DNA of 11,042 bases from an uncultured bacterium (GTDB taxonomy: Bacteria; CSSED10-310; CAZUFC01): assembly GCA_964619725.1 (NCBI GenBank), contig CAZUFC010000201.1:1-11042 (forward strand). Direction: 5' to 3'. This document shows positions 1-6,436 of the stretch, piece by piece. A model generated the notes under the pieces. It had not been told where the DNA came from. It did no database searches and saw only the letters and a program-made list of their open reading frames with translations. Position numbers and translations under genes: made by a program. How positions within the stretch are numbered: the first letter of the stretch is position 1; the number at the start of each line of letters is the position of its first letter.

Positions 1-185
1 TTGGAATACTTGGAAAAATTTTTCTCCAAAATCCTGCACAGCGGAAAAAGCTCCGTCCTGGTATTTGTTGCGAAGAGCGAAATATAATGTTATTGTTCTG
101 CGAGGTTAAAAAAGGCACGGACCTTTAGATTTATTACTGAAGCATTGGAAAAGCGAGGTTCGAGACAATAAAGGCGATCAAAAAA

Positions 186-1658
186 ATGAAGGAAGGGGAC
201 ATGAGACCGGTCATAAAATTTCTGGATGAAAAACTAATCGGCGAGATCATAGGCGAGGCTGTTTCGATTCTTTCGGAACTGGGGATCGAGGTTAACAACA
301 GCAGGGTAACGGAGCTGCTGACTTCTCATGGAGCAAAAGCTGACAAGGCGAAGAACCGTGTATATTTGAACGAAGCCATGATAGAGAAGGCATTGGAGAC
401 GGCGCCGTCTGAGATAAGTTTGTATGATGTTTTAGGCGAGAAGACTCATGATTTATCGGGAGACAATGTTTATTTCACCCCGGGTTCGGCGGCGATAAAC
501 ATACTGGACTATGAGACGGGGAGCATGCGGAAGCCGACGACGAGCGACTACATTCAATATGCGATGGTTATAAGCGGATTGAAGAACATAGCATCGCAGA
601 GCACGGCATTCATTCCGGGCGATGTGCATGAGAAGATTTCCGCGGGTTACCGGTTGTATTTGAGTCTGTTGTACTGTGAGAAGCCAGTAGTAACGGGGGC
701 TTTCACGATAGAAGGCTTTGAAGTGATGAAGGACTTTCAGTTGGCGGTTCGGGGAGACCGGGAGGAACTGAAAGCGAAGCCGCTGACGATATTTTCCTGT
801 TGTCCGACCTCTCCGTTGAAGTGGAGCGACGTGACGTCTCAGAACCTGTTGGATTGCGCCGAATATCATATACCTGTGGAATTTATCGCCATGCCGTTAT
901 CAGGCTTCATGGCGCCTGTAACGTTGACGGGCACGTTGGTGCAACATACCGCAGAAACGTTGAGCGGCGTGGTGATCAGTCAGCTTGCTGCTCCCGGTGC
1001 ACCAGTGTTGTATGGAGGTTCGCCGGCGATATTCGACGTTCGTTACGAGACGACGCCGATGGGCGCGGTAGAAACGGAGATGATCGATTGCGCTTACAAT
1101 GAGATAGGCAAGCATCTCGGTTTACCGACTCAGGCTTATATAGCGCTGAGCGATTCGAAGCTGCTTGATGCTCAAGCCGGTCTGGAAACCTCGATGGGCG
1201 CTACGCTGGCTGCACTGGCAGGCATCAACAACATTTCAGGTCCGGGCATGCTGGATTTTGAAAGTTGCCAGAGCCTGGAAAAGCTTGTGCTGGACAATGA
1301 AATTTGCGGGATGGCTTTGAGGTTGATCAGAGGAATCGAGCCGCGTGAGGATTTTCCGGCATTGCCTATTTTCAGGGAATTATTGCAGGAGGGCCATCTG
1401 CTTATCGCTGATCATACTCGTAAATACATGAAAGACCAGCATTATTTCACGGGACCGGCAATAGACCGCGCCAACCGGTCACGCCGTCAGGAAGAAGGAA
1501 GCAGGACGTTGCTCGAAAGAGCGCATGCGCAGGTGGAGAGCCTGGTTAAGAAGTATGAGCCGTCGCGCTTATCGGACGACACCAAGAAAGAATTGACGAA
1601 GCTTATAGCAAAAGAGGCGAAACGTTACGGGATGGACAAGCTGCCGTTATCCGAATAA
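186..1658 (+). CDS. Trimethylamine methyltransferase (MttB) superfamily protein, non-pyrrolysine type (methylamine/quaternary amine:corrinoid methyltransferase, MT1). The true start is probably the ATG at 201
   Basis: 490-aa ORF with MttB-family segments SPLKW, MPLSGFMAPVTLTGTLVQHTAETLSG, PGAPVLYG, DVRYETTPMGAVE and SDSKLLDAQAGLE...LAALAGINNISGPGML...SLEKLVLDNEI. No in-frame TAG. The purine-rich RBS GGAAGGGG (191-198) precedes ATG 201. A corrinoid protein gene follows. Confidence 0.93.
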   Translation: MKEGDMRPVIKFLDEKLIGEIIGEAVSILSELGIEVNNSRVTELLTSHGAKADKAKNRVYLNEAMIEKALETAPSEISLYDVLGEKTHDLSGDNVYFTPGSAAINILDYETGSMRKPTTSDYIQYAMVISGLKNIASQSTAFIPGDVHEKISAGYRLYLSLLYCEKPVVTGAFTIEGFEVMKDFQLAVRGDREELKAKPLTIFSCCPTSPLKWSDVTSQNLLDCAEYHIPVEFIAMPLSGFMAPVTLTGTLVQHTAETLSGVVISQLAAPGAPVLYGGSPAIFDVRYETTPMGAVETEMIDCAYNEIGKHLGLPTQAYIALSDSKLLDAQAGLETSMGATLAALAGINNISGPGMLDFESCQSLEKLVLDNEICGMALRLIRGIEPREDFPALPIFRELLQEGHLLIADHTRKYMKDQHYFTGPAIDRANRSRRQEEGSRTLLERAHAQVESLVKKYEPSRLSDDTKKELTKLIAKEAKRYGMDKLPLSE

Positions 1659-1698
1659 GACGGAAGTTTCATTATTGATATTCTATTTATAGCAAAGG

Positions 1699-2346
1699 AT
1701 GAGTGAAATGGAGTTGATGAAGCAATTATCGGAATTTTTGCAGAAGGGCGACGACAAGAAAGTCGCGGAGCTGACCAGGAAGGCGCTTGATGAAAACGTA
1801 TCGCCGCGCCTTATCCTTGATGAGGGTCTGATTGAGGGCATGAATGCGGTAGGCGAACAGTTCCGGGTTCACGAGATATTTCTTCCGGACGTGCTTTTAG
1901 CGGCCAGGGCGATGAATGCGGGTATGGATATACTGAAACCTTTCCTGATAGGCGAGAAAATAGAGTCTCGCGGCAAGATAGTCATTGGAACGGTACAAGG
2001 CGATCTTCATGATATCGGCAAGAACCTGGTTTCCATTATGCTCAAGGGAGCGGGATTCGAGGTGGTTGATCTCGGCAAAGACGTTTCTCCGGAAAAATTT
2101 GTGGAAACGGCCAGGAGCGAATCAGCGGATGTGATTGGACTTTCGGCGCTGCTGACGACGACCATGCCTGTAATGAAGGAGGTAGTGGACCTTTTGCGTG
2201 AAGAGGAACCTTCAGGTAAAATAAAAGTAATCATCGGAGGGGCTCCGGTGACGCAGGAATTCGCGGAAGAAATAGGAGCGGATTCTTTTGCATTCGACGG
2301 GGCGGCCGCTGTTGAGAGAGTGAAGAATTTATTCAAGAAGGCGTAA
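1699..2346 (+). CDS. Methyltransferase cognate corrinoid (B12-binding) protein, MttC/MtgC-like
   Basis: N-terminal four-helix cap region (GLIEGMNAVGEQF...IFLPDVLLAARAM), base-off His-on motif GDLHDIGKNLV (His codon 2008-2010), SALLTTTM and IIGGAPV. The start could alternatively be ATG 1708 or 1717. Confidence 0.96.
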   Translation: MSEMELMKQLSEFLQKGDDKKVAELTRKALDENVSPRLILDEGLIEGMNAVGEQFRVHEIFLPDVLLAARAMNAGMDILKPFLIGEKIESRGKIVIGTVQGDLHDIGKNLVSIMLKGAGFEVVDLGKDVSPEKFVETARSESADVIGLSALLTTTMPVMKEVVDLLREEEPSGKIKVIIGGAPVTQEFAEEIGADSFAFDGAAAVERVKNLFKKA

Positions 2347-2347
2347 A

Positions 2348-3232
2348 ATGAAAAATGTAATTGAGAGATTGCGAGCGGGTGAAATACTTGTGGCTGACGG
2401 AGCGATGGGCACTATGCTGATGAACCGCGGTTTAAAAAGGGGGCAATGTCCGGAGTCTTTCAATCTGAAAAAGAGCTCTATTTTAGAGGAAATTGCCGAA
2501 GCATATTTTAAGGCTGGAGCGCATATAGTTCAAACGAACACTTTCGGCGCTTCGCCTTTGAAGCTCGCCTCCTACGAACTTGAAGATGACACTGAGGCCA
2601 TCAACGTCAATGCAGTCAAAGCCGTCCGAAAAATAGTCGGCGACCGGGCATACGTTTCCGGCTCAGTCGGACCTACCGGAAGGATGCTGATTCCATTCGG
2701 CGATGTGGCGCCGGAAACGATGTACGGAAATTTTAAAAGGCAAATAAAGGCATTAATAGAATCCGGAGTGGACATAATATGCGTAGAGACAATGACTGAT
2801 CTCCAGGAGGCTGCGCTTGCGATAAAAGCGTCAAAGTCAATCGATTCAGACATACCGGTAATAGGTTCGATTACTTTTGATAAAACCTCCAGAGGTTTCT
2901 TTACGGTTATGGGAGTCGATATTGAAACTGCTGTAGACGAACTTGAATCCGCCAAGGCGGATATTATCGGATCAAATTGCGGTAACGGCATCGATAAAAT
3001 GGTCGAGATATCCCGTGAATACAGACGGTTCACGGAATTTCCTTTATCCATACAAGCCAACGCCGGCATACCCGTTATGAAAAACGGAATGCTTTCTTAT
3101 CCGGAAACTCCGGAATTCATGACCAAAAGGATACCGGATTTGATCGAAGCGGGAGTCGGCATAATCGGAGGTTGTTGCGGCACGACGCCCGAACATATCA
3201 AATCTTTTCGAAAGTTGATCGATTCGCTCTAA
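2348..3232 (+). CDS. Homocysteine S-methyltransferase family protein (stand-alone Hcy-binding domain of MetH type)
   Basis: DGAMGTML, TNTFGAS, GSVGPTG, ETMTDLQE and ANAG motifs, plus the three Zn-ligand cysteines GSNCG (C211) and GGCCG (C276, C277). The ORF ends after the barrel, with no pterin, B12 or reactivation domain. It starts 1 nt after the corrinoid gene stop (TAAaATG). Confidence 0.94.
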   Translation: MKNVIERLRAGEILVADGAMGTMLMNRGLKRGQCPESFNLKKSSILEEIAEAYFKAGAHIVQTNTFGASPLKLASYELEDDTEAINVNAVKAVRKIVGDRAYVSGSVGPTGRMLIPFGDVAPETMYGNFKRQIKALIESGVDIICVETMTDLQEAALAIKASKSIDSDIPVIGSITFDKTSRGFFTVMGVDIETAVDELESAKADIIGSNCGNGIDKMVEISREYRRFTEFPLSIQANAGIPVMKNGMLSYPETPEFMTKRIPDLIEAGVGIIGGCCGTTPEHIKSFRKLIDSL

Positions 3233-3411
3233 AAACAGGCTGCGCATGTTGAAAAAAAAGAAAAAAGCGGCGCATCCGGGACAGGCGTTAAAAGAAAAAT
3301 TTGAACTCTCAGATCAGATTTCACAGAAAAAAGTCGGCCGATGACGACTGAATAATAATTGACATCATGACGCTAATTACACTACTAAAAAAATGAGGAG
3401 TCCCGGACATT

Positions 3412-3543
3412 ATGACTCCTTTGTTGAACAGTAACGTTCCACTGAGGAAAATTCAGGTTCGTTTTCTGGGCCGCAACCGAAGGCCATCAAACGCGAATTC
3501 CGCTGTTGCAATAATCTTCGAACTTTTGAACATGATGAAATGA
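3412..3543 (+). CDS. Possible 43-aa small ORF upstream of mnmA (MTPLLNSNVPLRKIQVRFLGRNRRPSNANSAVAIIFELLNMMK)
   Basis: GAGGAG at 3395-3400 lies 11 nt before ATG 3412 and the frame is open to TGA 3541-3543. It is below the ORF-track cutoff and no homology was recognised. Confidence 0.2.
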   Translation: MTPLLNSNVPLRKIQVRFLGRNRRPSNANSAVAIIFELLNMMK

Positions 3544-3550
3544 CAGACTG

Positions 3551-4747
3551 ATGGAAATCAACACTCGTAAATATCGCGAATGCCTGGACGACATTGATAT
3601 GGGTTTGCATATGACCCTCATTCCCTGCAGGCGCCGCATTGCCGTAGCAATGAGCGGTGGAGTCGATTCAAGCATTGCCGCTGCGGTACTTCGGAATGCC
3701 GGTTGTGATGTTATAGGCATAACCCTGCTCTTTTCTGATGAGAAAAACAGCGCGGGCTCGCCCTTGTGCCTGGATTGCGGAACTGCGGTGAATCCCGAGG
3801 CTGACGTCGAACATGCCAAAGAAATTGCTGAAATCCTCAGTTTCAAGCATTATGTACTGGATTGTTCAAAGCAGTTCGAGGAACTCATATTGTTGCCTGC
3901 CTGGTACGAGTATTCCAGGGGAAGAACGCCCAATCCATGTATAGTATGCAACAAATTAATCAAATTCGGTCTTTTCATGGAATATGCTCAAAATTTAGGA
4001 GCTGAACTGATAGCCACGGGACATCATGCCAGAATTCAATGGGTTTACAGGGAAAATGAAAGACAGGAATGGAAATTGCTCCGCGGAAAGGACCAGCAAA
4101 AGGATCAGTCCTATTTTTTATCTTTCCTGGATGTCGGTCAGTTGAGCCGCTCAATATTTCCCATCGGTAACCTGACGAAGGAGCAGGTCCGGGATATGGC
4201 TGAGAGTCTCAAGCTGCCCAATTCGCGAAAGCCTGAAAGTCAGGATGTCTGTCTTTTTAAAGGAAAAAAGCAGTTTTCCGAAATACTTCGTCAGAAATTC
4301 AACGCGAAGCCCAGGAAAGGACTGATAACAGATACTGACGGAAAAATATTAGGCTCCCATACGGGCATCCATCAATTCACCATAGGACAAAGAAAAGGAC
4401 TGGGCATTTCTCTGGGTTCGCCGGCTTACGTGCTCCGGATAGACCCGGAATCCAACAACATCATAGTGGGAACCGATAAAAAAGAACTCTATTCTGAAGG
4501 GCTTCTGGCATCCGGAATTCATATGATTTCCCCATCACCTCTGCCTTCCAGTTTCGAAGCAGACATTAAAATTCGGTATTTACATAAACCGGTCAAATCA
4601 GAAGTTAATTTGTTCGGCGACCATAAGGCGGTGGTCAAATTTTCCGAACCTCAAAAAGCCGTTACGCCGGGCCAGGTGGTCGCTTTTTACGACAACGACA
4701 GCGTTCTCGGAGCAGGATGGATCGATGCCCCGCTCCGAGATGTCTGA
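3551..4747 (+). CDS. mnmA: tRNA-specific 2-thiouridylase MnmA. The true start is probably downstream (ATG 3599 or 3611)
   Basis: PP-loop AMSGGVDSS, GRTPNPCIVCN, IATGHHA, KDQSYFL, ESQDVC, FTIGQRKGLG, KIRY and AVTPGQ...VLGAG all appear in the canonical MnmA order. Confidence 0.97.
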   Translation: MEINTRKYRECLDDIDMGLHMTLIPCRRRIAVAMSGGVDSSIAAAVLRNAGCDVIGITLLFSDEKNSAGSPLCLDCGTAVNPEADVEHAKEIAEILSFKHYVLDCSKQFEELILLPAWYEYSRGRTPNPCIVCNKLIKFGLFMEYAQNLGAELIATGHHARIQWVYRENERQEWKLLRGKDQQKDQSYFLSFLDVGQLSRSIFPIGNLTKEQVRDMAESLKLPNSRKPESQDVCLFKGKKQFSEILRQKFNAKPRKGLITDTDGKILGSHTGIHQFTIGQRKGLGISLGSPAYVLRIDPESNNIIVGTDKKELYSEGLLASGIHMISPSPLPSSFEADIKIRYLHKPVKSEVNLFGDHKAVVKFSEPQKAVTPGQVVAFYDNDSVLGAGWIDAPLRDV

Positions 4748-4862
4748 ATATTCCTGATTCGCCGCCGCTCAATGCAGACTGGATATCGTATTCGCCCGTC
4801 CCTGAATGAAATAATGAAAGTTCCGCGATGATTAAAATTCCCGGTTTTTTACAGACAATCAT

Positions 4863-4897
4863 GCGGTTTTCGCCTGCAGGCCTGGCCGCTTTTATTT
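4863..4897 (+). terminator. Possible weak intrinsic terminator downstream of mnmA
   Basis: Outer stem GCGGTT(4863-4868)/GGCCGC(4884-4889) with G-U pairs encloses GCCTGCAGGC and is followed by TTTTATTT. The stem is imperfect. Confidence 0.3.
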
Positions 4898-4921
4898 ATT
4901 ATTAAATACAAAAATGTAACG

Positions 4922-6436
4922 ATGAAAAAAGACGGAATAACGACGCTGTTCAAAGGCCGTTCGGATCAACAGAATATCACCCTGATCCGACACCCTCAAT
5001 ACGGTCTTATGCTCATCCTCGACGTCGGCGTTCAATTCATGGAATATGAAGAACACATTTATCACGAATGCCTCGGCGTCATTCCAATGCTTTTCTGCAA
5101 TCCGAGAAGCATATTTATCGGCGGAGGAGGAGACGGTTTATTGACGGCGCGGCTTACACGCTTCTCCTTTGTGCAGGAAATTATCGTCTGCGATTATGAT
5201 AAAATACTCACTCAAGCCGCGAAAGATATTCCTCAGTTCGCAGAATTAAATCGTTACAGCTTATCGGATAAAAAAGTCAAAGTCGTCAACCAGGATGCAG
5301 CGGAATACCTGAAACATAACGAAAAAAAATACGATCTGATCGTTTGTGATTTTCCCGATCCTTTTACAGAAGAACTCGGACGTTTATACAGCGTCGATTT
5401 TTACCGGCTCGTTCAAAAGCGACTGAATTACAAGGGCATGATGTGCCGTCAGCTAAGGAAAGAAAAACGCATTACCGCGGTTAATCTTAATACGATCGCC
5501 GAAGTTTTCCCCAATATGCTTTATTTTAAATTGGACCTGAGTCCTCATTACGGTTTTGTCCTGGCTTCCGATTCTGAGATAGAAAGGTTTCGTTCGCTTC
5601 CCGATTGGACAGTTTTTCTGAATAAGGAAAAGATCAAATCACTGATTCGAAATCCCGAAGACTACCGAAGAGCGCACAAGGGCATCAATACCCTGGAAAA
5701 CAACATACTTTACCGCATAGCGATAACGGATGCCTATCTTGATGAAGCCTCTTCCGTCTTCCCTTTAGCCCCCGAATTCAGGAATGTTTTCATTGATGCC
5801 CGGAATCCCTGTTATCCTTATCTTCTTTCCGATTTCATACGTTCCTGCGGGGAAGAACATTCATTGATATTGCATGTAAAAAGCGCTGAACGCATTCGCT
5901 ATCGAGATGTTCTAAAGAAATCGGGGTATAGAAAGAAACAGGAATACAGACGGTTGAATTTTTGTTTCTCTGTCGCCGGAACAGCGATGCTCCAGAAACG
6001 GGCATCATCCGCAGACCATGCGGAACAGCTCTGTGCGGACTATAATACAGGCCGACCGGATTCACATCCTGATGCCGAAATTTTGATCGCGGATTATCTC
6101 AATAATTCAGTCAGGCCTCTGCTTCCTGCCGGAACAGAGCTTAATTTTCCCGATTGTGATTTCCATCAGATCATCATAATAGGAGAGGAAGAAGGCATTG
6201 TTCTGCTGCTTCTGATAATGACTCAACCCACTCTGACCGTCACTCTGGTGCATGCGTCATCGGCATCAGAGGCGCTGGAAGCTGCGTGGGCTAAATCGCT
6301 TCTGCTGCTTGAGAAGAAATTTAATGCGTTGGGAAAATGGTTGCAGATCGAGTCCTTTAATGATGAAACGACGAATGTTTTATCGAAGTTAGGAGCAGAA
6401 GATGCCGGACTATATTACATTTTTACGCAGGATTAA
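4922..6436 (+). CDS. Spermidine synthase (aminopropyltransferase)-like protein with an uncharacterised C-terminal extension
   Basis: Residues 1 to ~267 carry S-x-Q-Q-x-I, LILDVGVQF, YHECL, GGGGDG (aa 67-72), NQDA, YDLIVCDFPDP (D143), LYSVDFY and a terminal INTLENNILY, as in SpeE-like proteins. Residues ~268-504 are not recognised. No clear RBS. Confidence 0.82.
   Translation: MKKDGITTLFKGRSDQQNITLIRHPQYGLMLILDVGVQFMEYEEHIYHECLGVIPMLFCNPRSIFIGGGGDGLLTARLTRFSFVQEIIVCDYDKILTQAAKDIPQFAELNRYSLSDKKVKVVNQDAAEYLKHNEKKYDLIVCDFPDPFTEELGRLYSVDFYRLVQKRLNYKGMMCRQLRKEKRITAVNLNTIAEVFPNMLYFKLDLSPHYGFVLASDSEIERFRSLPDWTVFLNKEKIKSLIRNPEDYRRAHKGINTLENNILYRIAITDAYLDEASSVFPLAPEFRNVFIDARNPCYPYLLSDFIRSCGEEHSLILHVKSAERIRYRDVLKKSGYRKKQEYRRLNFCFSVAGTAMLQKRASSADHAEQLCADYNTGRPDSHPDAEILIADYLNNSVRPLLPAGTELNFPDCDFHQIIIIGEEEGIVLLLLIMTQPTLTVTLVHASSASEALEAAWAKSLLLLEKKFNALGKWLQIESFNDETTNVLSKLGAEDAGLYYIFTQD

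Noticed and set aside
1-29. TTGGAA direct repeats and a TTGGA...TCCAA inverted repeat at the left edge
   Set aside because: Short, AT-rich and truncated by the window edge, so not distinguishable from chance.
1-185. Canonical SAM-I (S-box) or cobalamin riboswitch
   Set aside because: The conserved SAM-I core and B12-box sequences could not be found by eye.
186-1658. Pyrrolysine (TAG) recoding in the MttB homologue
   Set aside because: The ORF is open without an amber codon, the equivalent position is CTG (Leu), and no pyl genes or tRNA-Pyl are in the window.
2348-3232. Pseudogene interpretation (truncated metH)
   Set aside because: The domain is complete with all three Zn ligands, ends cleanly, has no recognisable downstream metH remnant and is tightly coupled to a separate corrinoid gene.
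453-3247. Alternative-frame and antisense ORFs (453-869, 800-1102, 900-1115, 2007-2336, 2572-3069, 3044-3247)
   Set aside because: They are shadows of three strongly supported genes and have no recognisable motifs.
3410-3850. Minus-strand ORFs 3410-3610, 3487-3846 and 3668-3850
   Set aside because: They overlap mnmA or its leader in antisense and have no family features.
4745-4810. Selenocysteine read-through of the mnmA TGA stop
   Set aside because: The MnmA fold is already complete at this point and no convincing bacterial SECIS hairpin follows.
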